DNA from: Geosiphon pyriformis uo1
Lineage: Eukaryota > Fungi > Glomeromycota
Assembly: GCA_016748015.1 (NCBI GenBank)
Contig: JAAOMT010000128.1
Span: 2,053,538 to 2,117,537, forward strand
Direction: 5' to 3'
Length of the DNA: 64,000 bases
Below the pieces are notes generated by a model. It had not been told where the DNA came from. It was given only the letters and a program-made list of their open reading frames with translations, and ran no database searches. Position numbers and translations under genes: made by a program. Positions 41,174 through 53,846 of the stretch are shown one piece after another (the stretch's first letter is position 1; each line of letters begins with the position of its first letter).

Positions 41174-42597
41174 ATGAAAAGAATCACAGAGAATTATTTC
41201 TTTTGCTGTTTAATTTTAAAACGAAAAGGTGTTCAGAGATTTTCATACCTTTTTCCATTAGTGATATTATATTTGGTTCTATTTTCGGTATTTCAAGTAT
41301 CAATATGGGTAAAGCCAAAGGGAGAAAAACTGTATAGAAACGAAAGCCAAATTACTCGCTTGAGAGTGGTCCTCAAAAAGCCATCAAAAAAAATAATACT
41401 TTTAAAAAATAACTTCACCCAAATGACAGTGCAAAAATATAATAGTTTCACTCGAAACAAAATTTTGCGGACACATAACACAAAAAGAACCGTCCAAGCA
41501 TCAAAGCAATATAAGGACCTTCTTGGAGAAAGGCATAAAGAATTGTTAGACAGAATGGCCGAAGCAGCAAAATATGCAAGTCTCGCATATTGTCTGGATG
41601 AGAAAGACGAGGCGGGACCAAACATATATGGCATGTTGAGCCTGTAACAAGTCTTTATTTTTTCCTGAAATGATACATAAAATAATATTTTTACTCATTC
41701 ATGTAATAACAGTTAAAGCAATTGTTCAAAAAAATGGAATCGAGTTCCCTCACATGATTGTGTATCTTCGAGGTCTAGAAATGACCAAGGAAATGTGGTT
41801 GAAAAGGGAAATTCGACTGGGAGAATTTTCTTATGAGAATCACTTGGATCTCTATGATGCGTTCTTTTATCAATTTGCAGGTACAAAGACTGAATTGGTC
41901 TTTTCTCAACAATTTTACTTGGCAGAAAACACGATTACTAGGAAGATAATTTCTGAGGCGAGTCGTACAGTTGGAAGCATTGAAAACATTCATAAAATTA
42001 AATTCATAGGACATGGTTTGGGTGGTGGTAAGTTTTTTATGAAATTTTCACTTTGTCAAAGTTTCAACACCGAAATTTCAATTTTAATCTCTCCCTAGTA
42101 TATGCTGTATTGTCACAAATCTACTATAAGCAAATCTGGGAATTTTTAAGTTTTGAAGTTTATACGTTTGGTCAGCCAAGATTTGGTAATGGAGATTTTT
42201 CCAGAGCTATCAATCTCCAAAAAGGGGTATTTATTCACCGCATCACATATGGGGATGATTTTGTACCAAGGTCGCCCTTACATTCTCAAAACAGATTGGT
42301 ACATCATGGACATGAATATTGGATTCATCCTGGAAATTGTGACTGTAGAAGATCCGAAGAAGTTTTTTTGTGTTATGGATCAAAATTAGCTACAGGTTTC
42401 ACTTTGGAGTCGTCGGTTTGTGGCTGTTTAAATTCCTTGATCAAAAATTTTTTTGTCCAACTGCTCTCAAAAATTTTCTTTATTCTTGTCTATGACGAAC
42501 CCAGTCGTGCAATAATCAATACGAGGATCATATGGGATCCATGGCTTCTCATTTAGGGCCCTACTTTGGATACAAGATGGGACAATGTTCAAATTAG
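41174..42597 (+). CDS. Lipase class 3-like protein with N-terminal TM segment; nucleophile motif GHGLGG
   Basis: AKYASLAYC, IVYLRG, FIGHGLGG, YTFGQPRFGN, RIT..DDFVP, HHGHEYWI, HLGPYFG; about 3 introns; stop at 42595-42597; start codon uncertain. Confidence 0.85.
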
Positions 42598-45150
42598 TAA
42601 TAAATTCTCGAGTTAAATTAACACGTGTATCAGATGATATTTTAAAATATAAAAATTATCCTTGAGCCTTAACTTGACGCATTTTTTGTATATTGTTCTC
42701 GCTGAATCATCGCTTTTGATCATAATGAGTCGATCAATATTTGAAAGATCTTGTAAAAGGCAAAAAAGTGCATTATACATGAGGTGGTAGAAATTTTTTC
42801 TGATTATCAATCGAACCAAAATGGTAAATCAAAATTTATTATGTATCATGCGAAACAAGATTCTATGATTTGATAAATTTTAATTTAAAATCTTTCAAAT
42901 TACAACTAAGAATGGTTGGAAACATTCACCAAGCAAATAAAAACATTTTTTCTGCAGGTATACCCATATAACATGAAGCTAATCAGGATGTTTCATGATT
43001 GCAGCTTAAATTATTTTCCTTTAAGGAAAATATAAACAAAGAGTTAGCTCAATGTGATGAGTAGGTGGGATGATTTGGATTGAGTTATAAATTTTCAGGA
43101 CTTATAAAGAGGTCGTTATATCAATCCTCGAAAGAAAGTTGTGGTCAAAAAATATAAAGAAAAGTTTTTTCGGCGAATCAAATGATGAACACAAGAATCA
43201 TAGATCCTTTGAAATATCATTAATAAAGTCATTTCTTTGAATCTATCAGAAATTCTATTATACTTATTTCGCAAAAAAGATAAAGCAGTAATTTTCACGC
43301 TGAAAATTTTCTCATTTGAGCAATTATAAATTGAAATCTGAAGAGAAAATCCAAGGCATGTAATTAGCATTGTAGAGTGATTGAAAATAATGAAGAAGAG
43401 AATTATTTGGTTTTGACATTATGTTAACTATGGGAGCATACACGTACATTGTTTTTATTTTCAAAATTGATGTATATATATATATTTTTTTGAAAATTTA
43501 TTTATTTTATGAAAATATTAATAGAATATTTGTGATCAAGTTTTTAAGTTAAAAATCATATACATGTATCTACTTTTCTTTTAGTAAAAATTTTTAATAA
43601 TATTCAAATTAAAGTAGGTGATTTAGAGAATTTCTCATAATATTTGAATCATAAGATTTTTATTTCTTATTATGATTGTTTTATATTTCTGGGTTTTAAT
43701 GTGCTTTTACAGGAAATCGTTATAAAGAATGATTTCTGGATTAGATTTGCTAAATTATAGTTTAATTTAAATTTCAATTAGAGTTGAGCTTTGTATACAA
43801 TATTGAATATCTTGATAAGTTTTTAGCAATACAGGATATTAGGATACAGGATAAATTATTAGTTTTTAATTTCCAGCTAAGCCTTATTCAGTTTTAGTCG
43901 ATCTAAAGGGGGCTTTATTTTTGCCCCAATGTTTCATTATATCATTAAAAAATAGAGGAATGTTTTCTCATGATCATAATCAAGTAAACCGGGAAATAGG
44001 TGTATATTCTTTTTGAACTTTTTTCTTTTTCTTTTTTATTCTTGGGGAGATTCGACACAAACAGTAAATAAGCGAGATGAAAACGTTAGGTTTATTTTAA
44101 ACAGAAGAAAATCCAAGATTATTTTCTTTAAAATTATTCTAAATCGTAGTGCAAAAAGAAATTCCTTTTTATTTTATTTTATTTTATTTTTTTAAAAAAA
44201 TTGATTCGAATCAAATCAAAACCTTTTAATTATTCAAATAGATAAGGAAATTATTTTTTCCTTGAGAAAAAAAAAAGGTCATGATTAAGGCTACAATATA
44301 ATCGAGAGGTTTTGTATACTATTATGGTTATAACATTAAAAGATTTTTTTAGGATATTTTCATAAAGTGAAAATACAAAAAAGAAAAAAGCAGACTACGA
44401 GAGAAAAAGGAAAACAAATTTATTATTGAAATTGTTTATATTGTATTGTTTTCTATTTAAGTTTAACAATATTCTTCTTTTGATCAAGGGGAAAATTTAA
44501 AAAAGTAGATTAAATGAGGATGCATCAAAATAAAAAGATGATTCTAGACTGCTTTTAAAACAGGCTTTTAAATAAAAGTTCATTTAAACAAATATTTTCA
44601 CCTGACCACTTTAACTTTGATCTACAATTTCATTGTCGAAATCTTTGAAAACCTTTTAACAAATGAAAATCTTTCAACCCATCAGACCTTCAAAATATTT
44701 ATTTCAAAACTAATCAAAAAGTACTTTAAAGATCGATTATTATTTTATTTTTTTGAAAAAAAAAAACATGGAAAATTAAGCAAACTTTTGATGTGTATAT
44801 CTTTGTTTATTGTTACTGTCAAAAATGGGTCTAGAAAGATTCTTTTTATGTCGAGCAGTCTTGAAAGATAATTACCAAGTTTTCAATTGTTTTCCATTGT
44901 TAAACTCTTGTTTTTTTTTTTTGAAGGTTGTGATACAATGTCAAGATGATAAATTTATTTGTATTTATGAAAGTAATCGACTTTTCTTTAAGGGATAACA
45001 GATATCAAGCATGAAGATTTTCTAGATTAATAAAAGTAAATTAAAATTTCTAATGTATGGCACAGATGTAATTAGAAAATCGTATGAAATTAATAGTTTT
45101 TCAAAGATCCACAAGTAATTAGACCATTCATAGATCTGTTTGTCCACTTT

Positions 45151-45222
45151 AGTTCAGTACAGTTCAGTACAGTTCAGTACAGTACAGTACAGTTCAGTAC
45201 AGTACAGTTCAGTTCAGTTCAG
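45151..45222. repeat. (AGTWC)n pentanucleotide microsatellite
   Basis: Mixed AGTTC/AGTAC tandem units. Confidence 0.9.
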
Positions 45223-45478
45223 TTTTTATTGTTATTCTTTCCAAGCGGAAGAAATTTAATCAAAGTCTTAAAATCATTAATAAAGATTTTTTAATCATGG
45301 ATAATTATCAAAGGCCTGTTTCTCAAAATTTCAAGTTTGTGATTAATGATGATAAATTAAGATGATTGATTCATTTTGCTTTTTGAAACAAAAAATTGGA
45401 TAGGTTTAAAATCTTTCTAATTGAGCAAATTATTATTGTTAACAAAATTTGTAAAGCATAATTTAGGTTATACATGTA

Positions 45479-45493
45479 TAACTAACTAACTAG

Positions 45494-45537
<44 letters not shown>

Positions 45538-45580
45538 TCATATAACTAATTATATAACTAACTAACTAACTAATTAACTG
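45479..45580. repeat. (TAAC)n microsatellite
   Basis: Direct reading. Confidence 0.9.
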
Positions 45581-46101
45581 AATGAACCGTCTCCGAGTCA
45601 ACCCTATGATGTGCCTTATTAATTGTTTTAAAAAGAGAATTAAATCAAAGATTTTGCGTTTTGTTTGTTTTATTGTACATTTTTATCTTAAAATAAAGAT
45701 CAATTGTAAGGTAGATTAATTCTAGAACAATTTAAGATATCTCACAAAAGGGTTTAGAAGTTTTTTTTTATTTATTGAATATGTCTTTGTATATATTAAA
45801 ATTATATCGATTTAAAATAACAATGTTCCTTATGATTTCAGATGAATTTTAGTTAAATTTCATTTTGGATTATTAACCATTGTACAACTCTGACGAGTGT
45901 TATTGAAAATTAAAGATTTTAATAGGATTAGACTAAAATCCAAAAATAATGATTATGCATTAAATGATAAAAGAGATTTCAGAAACTTCAAATACTAAGA
46001 TTTTGATAGAGTTTGTTTGTATATCATGTATATATTTTAAAAATTGGCATAATATTGATAAATTATTATTTTTCTACTTTTCACATAGTTTTACGTGAAT
46101 C

Positions 46102-46158
<57 letters not shown>
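46102..46158. repeat. (AAT)n microsatellite
   Basis: Direct reading. Confidence 0.9.
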
Positions 46159-46159
<1 letters not shown>

Positions 46160-46629
46160 TAACTATGTACAATTTTCAGGGTATTGTTGCTTCTACTTTA
46201 TGAAAACTAGAAATCTCATTGAATAATAACCTTTTTTGATTCGCCTAAGGAGGATAATGAGGTTGATTTGGAAAAAAACGAGAAAAATTGATAGTGTACT
46301 GAATACGAACTGATATTGGAATGCTTTCCATAATTTAATAAAACCCCTGAATGTTATAATGATATTTCTTTTGTAAGAAAAATTAGCATTCCAAAATTTC
46401 CAAAGTTTTTTTTAAAATTAATATATGATCAATTAAAGTAAGAAAGCTATAATATTAATATCTATGTTTTAATTCCGGAGTAAATATTAAGAATTTATTT
46501 GCATTAGGTAGAATTTAATCATTGTTTTTATACTTGTCACGATCATAAGAATTCTGGAAGTCATGGGTCTGCGACGACATCTAATCTATCTAAAAATTTT
46601 CACGAGACATCATCTTTGTATATTATGAG

Positions 46630-49003
46630 ATGAATGGCTACCTGCAAATTACTTCACCAAAAGTATGGTCTCTCGATGGATTTGCTAATTGGTGTGGCTC
46701 TTGTGAGAGGTTTGAGAGTGATAAAGTGAAGATTTTGGACCACATTAAGAAAAGACTTGAAGCAACTATGAACAACAAGAATGTTGAAGAGGATCTGTGT
46801 CAATGTGCAGCCAGTTGTACAGTGACTTTAATGTATGTTAAAATAGTGCATATTTGGATAGGGTAGTATGCATAATGAAGTGACTGTTAGTTGCTTCTGT
46901 TGCTGCAATTTGAAGAGGGAACAAAGAGGTTGGGCTTAGCTAGGGGACTATTAGTCAACTGGAAGATCGACTGTTAGTTTGTCCTTCTCTTTGGCCTCCT
47001 GTGGCACACTGTCGGACTGTTTGTTATCCAGTGTTGGACTGTTAGTTCGCCATGACCATGTGTGCTTTAAGCTACTGTGGAGAAAATAAGGGTTGGGTTT
47101 AATTATTTGTCATCTAACAAAATTTTTATTTTCTTGGTTTATAACTGCAGGATTGGAAGCACTTAAATGCAACGACAAATTATTTCCAACGGCTTAAATC
47201 CCATAACAAAGCCAAGCAGTCATTAATATTGATCGAAAATAAGAAGACATTTGAATTGGCTGAGATAGAACAAATGAAGTTACTTTTTTTCTTAATTTTA
47301 TTTTATGCTACCGGTTGTAGTATCTATGCCAATCAGTTTTGCTACAGGTTACCCAATTACGAAATCAGCAGTAGAAACTCATCAACATATTGCCCATGGA
47401 TTTGAAGAATCTTCCAGACAGGTAGGCATTTCCAATGATGAATACAATCTTAATCGGCTTTGATCTTTAATGACCATTAAGAAACTGTCATTTTCCAATT
47501 CTGATTAGTAATCATATATTCTATTTTTTATAGTATTTTAATTATAATGATCTCAGCAACCCTTTTTTACTCAGGAAGAATGATGAAAGTCACAACCAAG
47601 TGTTGGCCCAGAATTTAAAGTCTTTAACAAGCACACCTGTGTATAAAAACAAGGTTTGTTCTAAAAATGCTGCCTTTTGTCCTTTTACTTCAGTATCTTA
47701 TTAAACGTAATTGTTTGGTAATTTGCATCCAGAGAAAAGAAAGCGATGGCATTAGTGATATAAGGTCACAATTTTTGAAGAATTCAGAAAGGATATGAAA
47801 TCAAAACATCTTGAGAAGCAGAAAGTTGCCACTAAAATAAAAGCAACTATACAAGATTATTTTGAGGTATGGTGTTTTTAAGATGTTGTTTTTATTTGCT
47901 AGCATTTTCTTTGCTAACCATCTTGCTTTTAGATTGCTCTTGATGAATACAGAGGTGTAGGTGAACTTAAGCAATCAATTATTGCATCATTTTCCAAATC
48001 ATTTGAAAACACATCTGAGCGAGAGATTTTCCAGAAAATTCAGTTTATTTTTCTTCAATTGTGAGTGTAATATGTGCTATGACCAACTCTTATCCACTTT
48101 TTTTGGTCTTGTTCACTGGTCAAGCAAAGGTAATTTCATTGTATTGTGGTACTTGAAATATTTATTAAGGTATCTTCTCTTTTTTTATCATTTAGAGTTA
48201 ACAATATTCCAGTACTGCCATTCAATCAAAATATCAGTGAGGGAAGTCTGGTGGCAAATGTAATTAGTCCTGTTCTGCGTACTTTTTTCCACAATCCAGC
48301 AATCCATCCAACGATATGGCCTAATACAGCAAGTGTTAGTGTTAAAATTCAGAAACTTGCAAACAATGATCCTTCCCGTGCCAAACAACCAGATATGATA
48401 GGAAATGTTGTCAGTAACAGCAGATTCGTTTACGAGGTGATGTTTGGGGAAGTGATGGGTGAAGGCAAGAATAACATAGAGAAGAAAAATGCCATCGATT
48501 TAATAAGATTAGGAGTTTTTATTAAAGACGCCTTAGACAATATTCTGCACAAAACTGGTGTCAAATGTGCTGCAAGCCATCAGTAAGAGTTGTTCAGCGG
48601 ATAAGCTTTGTTTTAATTAATGTTGTTCTATGACTGATTTGTAACTATTTATGTAATGCACAGTGACAAGATGGACCGGATATATCATAGTTCTTATCGC
48701 TCCCGGTATCTACGTGATGGTAGATGCTGGTTATGTAGAATTACCAAGGTCTTTTGAAACTTGCGGTATGTTTTTCAACGGTTTAGACACTCTATTGACA
48801 TTTCAGGTAATGACTACAAAATTATTCGAGGTTTCTTATTAATTTCGGGTACGTTGGCTAATTCATACATCTCTTAGGTTGCATATGAACATACGGTAAA
48901 AATGGTACTTGAGGCCATAAATTAGGGTAAGAGAGATTTCGAAACGTGGTGTCGATCGACACTAGGAACACTAATGTTCAAAAGATTCACTAAAATCAAA
49001 TGA
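46630..49003 (+). pseudogene. Multi-exon gene with C-terminal PD-(D/E)xK (REase-like) domain, probably disrupted
   Basis: ISEGSLVANVISP...KQPDMIG...MFGEV...DLIRLGVFIKDALD; many GT-AG introns; an in-frame TAG near 48922 and a probable frameshift near 48580. Confidence 0.55.
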
Positions 49004-50950
49004 CCATTGCTCTGATCATGAATTCCATTGGTTTATTTAGAAACTTTATGATGTTTATATGTAATTAATAAACAGTTGCGAGTAATACAGAAAACTATGA
49101 TTATTATTATTATTATTATTATTATTATTTTTAATTATTGTTATCTACCAAAAATTTTCTCAGATGCCGCAAGTAATAAGAGTAGCAATCCGAAAAATCC
49201 AGTTTTAACCAAAATATGCTAACCAATTCAGGGAATAATAAACCATTTAACTTAGTTTGTGATGGAAATAAGATGATTAGAATTATCATTTGGAAAGAGC
49301 CATAATTTTATCCGTGATGTCCAAACACACTTGACAAAACAATCTGACAAAAGATGAATGTGCTTTAGTGAACGAAGCCATTTATTGTATGCATCCCTAG
49401 CAAATTACTAATTTTGCAAGGTAAATAGGTATCTTTTAAAGATTAAAGAAGTAATAAACAAGTTTAATAAAAGAGAAGAATTTTTACTCTTTCTCTTTGG
49501 GTTTTACTGTTTGAATAAAAGCACTTTGCTTTTGCTGGAATTTAGTTTTTTATTTTAAGATTTTTTAATTTGTTTTTCTTTTGGGGTAAACTCGGTAAAT
49601 GTTTTTCTGGTAAAGATTTAGCAGTTAAATATAATTCACACTGCTTTTTTAATTGCTCGAGTAATATCACTATTCAAAGCTTCTTGGATATTAGCTAAAT
49701 AGATTTATTTTTCTTGCTCACAATTTTTAATGTATCCTTTGGATTGGAGAATATTTTCTAAACGCATATTCTTTTAATTTTCATTTCTCAAAGGCTTCAT
49801 TTAAATATTTTTTAATATATAATTTCATACTACAAATTTATTTTTTAACAAGTATGTATATATAAATGAAACCCAAAAAATTATTGTTAAACTAACCAAT
49901 ATGATAAAAAAACAACACTCACATGCTCTCAGACTTGGGCAGAATCTAATAATCGTTTGGCATGTTTACATGCTTGGATGTTCATTTGCAAGGTGAAAAT
50001 GTAACAGATTTGTTTACAAAAAAGTAAGCCAGACATCAGATTATTTAATTCCAAAAATTTTAAAAAAACATAGCCAATTGACTATTTCACCATAAATTTA
50101 AAAGAAAAAACATATTTATTGTCATAAAAAAACTTGTAATTGTGTGTTATTCCATTTTTATTCTTCTAGTTTCCTTTTTCTTTTTTCTTTTTTCTAGTTT
50201 TTCCAAAAAAGACTTTTGAAGGCTTTTTCTTCTTGGTAAATTTTTGAAGTAATTCTTTCTTATCTAAATATTTTCTAGGTTCCATGGTGAATTTGATGTA
50301 AATTAGTTAATTTTATATGCAGAGAATATTAGATAACTTAAAGTATAGACCAATAAAAATTAAACAATAAGTTAAGCAGTTTATATGATTTCTAGATATC
50401 ATGATCACGTTTAACACTTTTTAGCCCCTGAAATTAGTTCGTGGCGTCAATATTCGCTTTATATGGGGCAGACCGCAACAAAACCAGACAAAGTGAACAT
50501 TCTATTATGTGACATAAATGAGAGGCTGATGTGGCTGAAGTTAACTAATTTGACTAATAACATTTTGATTTTCACAACAATAACTTGTACACAAATTTAT
50601 GTAGCAAACTTCCATTACTATCTAAAATTATACGGGATTAATATAGAATTATCTCTATATAAAAAATATAAATATGAAACTAATTTATATCAAATCCACC
50701 ATGGAACCAAAAAATTACGCCACTATTCGAAGCATTTTAAAGAAAGCTCAAGGAGAAAAAATTACTCCATATGTTTTTAAAATAAATCACACCAAATTCT
50801 CGAGGAATATCTAAATAATAATAAAGAAAAAAATTACTATAAAATCTATCAAGAGAAAGGGTTTTTAAAAGAGTAATAGACATTTCCAATCAAGAACCAA
50901 GAAAGAAAAGAAACTTTGCAGAATAAACTGAATAAATTTTAACAAACAAA

Positions 50951-51883
50951 TTACTTTTTCTTTTTAATCTTTTTGCAAATTCAAACAAACAATGCTAGTG
51001 CTATTAATATCAAACTTATGCTTGACTATTGTCATTTTCTTTTTGATTTGTATTTTTGGTATTTTTCTATTTCTCTGCTGCTTTAACAAAGTCTTCATCT
51101 TTTAAATCACTGATGTTAGTGGTAACATGATAAATATTATCAGCTTGCAAATGTCGAGAACATTTATAATCGAGCATGGCATAATATTTACCTTCTCCGA
51201 GATGTTTTCTAGTTGAATCAATTATATAAACATGATCATCAACATACAAATCAAAATCAGGATGATTATCCCTAATTCATTCTCAACGATGAGGTTTATT
51301 TTCGTTGCCGATTCTTTCAACAAAGATTATGCCTAGCTTTGCTTGGGGAAAATTAGCCCAAGCATTAGAAAACCTTTTTCTTTTCGACTTAACTACAAAA
51401 GACTCCTCGCCTCCTTTGCCTTTGCTCAAAGTAGAACTGACCACTACTAATTCACTAATTAAGTCTTCTTTTAAGGACTTGAAGATTTCTTCAGTTATGG
51501 AAAGAAAAGGCGCAAAATCTTGCACATTAGTAGAGAGATATTTAGGATTATTCTTGTCAGGATCTTTGCTTCGCTCTTTTTTTAATCTGTGAAACTCTTC
51601 GATTGCTTTCTTTTCATTTTGATCGTCGCTATCCTAATGCATAAACTTGTATCCCTCATGAGAGGAGCTGCTTAAATTCGCTCGTTCTCAAAATCTTTTA
51701 AAAAATTCTTTAAACGAGTCTTTGACTCCAATACTTTCTTGTAAATATTTATAGATAGAGGTTTGCTCTATAACTTAATATACATTCATCTCAATCACAA
51801 ATGACTTTGATCGGACGATTTTTTTGTTGGCTGATTTGCTTAATTAAGCAGTGGAGGCAGTTAATGTAATTTTGGTTAGACAT
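50951..51883 (-). pseudogene. Intronless HAD-like protein with C-terminal membrane anchor; reads best with TGA=Trp (code 4)
   Basis: ATG at 51883: MSNQNYINCLHCLIK...KVICD(TGA)DEC; EFFKRF(TGA)ERA; KPHR(TGA)E(TGA)IRDNHPDFDLYVDD; SLILIALALFV(TGA)ICKKIKKKK*. DxD and DD motifs present; also contains frameshifts and TAG/TAA stops. Confidence 0.7.
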
Positions 51884-51893
51884 TATTTAATTT

Positions 51894-53609
51894 TTAACAT
51901 CCATTCAATGGTTTTGGCCAAGTGACATCTTTAAACGCATCTTTGACAAAAGGCCGAATATAATTATAAAGGTATTCTTGCCTTTCGTACTTCATAGGAG
52001 GAGGCACAAGCACGGAAAATGACAAGGCCTTGATTTTTTCTATACTCTTCAAAGCTTCGGATTTGCCAATTTTTAAAATTCTGAATTCCTGGAAAGGACC
52101 ATTAGCGAATTCTTGGAATTTGACCACACCAGGGTTGGCCCTGGTAAACAAAAAATGCTGAAACTTTTGTAGACCGGGTAGTTTTTTAAAATAAGCTTCC
52201 AGACCACTTATGATGTCAAAATATTGAAAGCCTTTTCCAGCTTCGTAACGTTGAGTTTTATTTAACCCAGCAACGCTTGATCTTTTTATTACATCTACAA
52301 CATGGTCTATACAATCTATGCTTGTTTTTTCGATACAGTTTTTTAATCATTCCAAAACTAACCATCACACTTAAATTTAGTATGTCCAGGTACCATGAAA
52401 TTTAATTCGATACTTTCATAATAACCGCAAATTATTAAATATAGGTAAAATCAAATAGTGGCATTATTTTTATTCTGTCCCCCTGCATTATCGCAAGTGA
52501 TCTTCAAATACTTTTCACCTTTATTCAATTTCTTTATTCCATCGAATACCATGCTCAGCGTACCATTAGGATCTTTGCCAATTATTTCATCTTCATCGAG
52601 AACATGATTAATCTGTTCGCGTACTGCTTCATCTTGAATACCAAATAAATGTACTTTACGCGGACTGAGATAATAAATTTTACTTACCTGTTGATCGGAA
52701 TGGGGCACGTGAACGTTTTGTGCCCAATCGTAACTGTAATGAGTAGTAGCATCAACGCTACAATAATCAGCTTTACCTCTCGTCGTAAAATGCTCATTTA
52801 CTAATTTTTCTTTGCTCTTCTGCTAATTTTGTATTTTTGTTGTAATAATTTCTCTCTAACTTAGCTTTAACTAGATGTTCTTTGAATTTTTTCAATAAAT
52901 CTTTCGCTTCTTCTTCCTTGCGAGCATTATACTGCAAGCCGTTCCGAAAATGTTGGCACGTGTCACATAAATCCGTTCTTGGACTCATGATTTGAATATA
53001 AGGCGTTAATTGGTGCCATAACTTGCGGAACGCATCATACTTTAACAATTTCAATGTGTTATCATTTTCAAGACCTGCAATAAAATCACGATAGACCGAT
53101 TTATAACTCGTTTCGGCTTGCAATAGTGTAAGTGATTGAGTAATGCGATTGACATTTCTACCAGGACTTGGTAATCCATGAATTTCAGCGTAATTCTCGA
53201 GAAAATTCTTTACGGTGGTAGCAACGGTTATATCTATGGTTATTTTGATTTTCCATCGCGGCACTCTTTTTACATTACCATGAACACGCGGTATTATGCC
53301 ATTCGTTGCTAGATGGTTTCTGACATTTTCGAAATGAGTGCGACCAATTCCTAACATATTGAGATACATTTGCTGACAAAGAGGCGTATTGCGATCTCAA
53401 TAGTAAAACGTTCGCTTATTAGTACGTGTTTTCTTTCTAAGACGTCGGCTGGCGGTTATTTCTCCATCATTCAGTGCTTTCAGTTGGGCCATTAAAAATA
53501 TATCTTGTTCGGATCTAGAGAGAGCTTGAAACGCCTCACGCAATTCAGCAAACTTTTCTTTCGGAATTATTTTTGAGCAACCACAATTGCAACCTATCTC
53601 CAAGAAACG
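51894..53609 (-). pseudogene. Sola-type DDD transposase, disrupted; 5' end runs into the N gap
   Basis: PRTDLCDTC, YDWAQNVHVP, CDNAGGQNKN, FMVPGHTKFKCDGSFG; TGA at YY*DRN and ATI*FY; frameshifts near 52805 and 52330. Confidence 0.85.
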
Positions 53610-53846
53610 NNNNNNNNNNNNNNNNNNNNNNNNNNNNNNNNNNNNNNNNNNNNNNNNNNNNNNNNNNNNNNNNNNNNNNNNNNNNNNNNNNNNNNNNNNN
53701 NNNNNNNNNNNNNNNNNNNNNNNNNNNNNNNNNNNNNNNNNNNNNNNNNNNNNNNNNNNNNNNNNNNNNNNNNNNNNNNNNNNNNNNNNNNNNNNNNNNN
53801 NNNNNNNNNNNNNNNNNNNNNNNNNNNNNNNNNNNNNNNNNNNNNT
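53610..53846. other. Assembly gap (N run)
   Basis: Run of n characters. Confidence 0.99.

Noticed and set aside
50463-50780. ORFs 50463-50780 and 55848-56231 as duplicated genes
   Set aside because: They coincide with the inverted repeats and show no recognisable domain.
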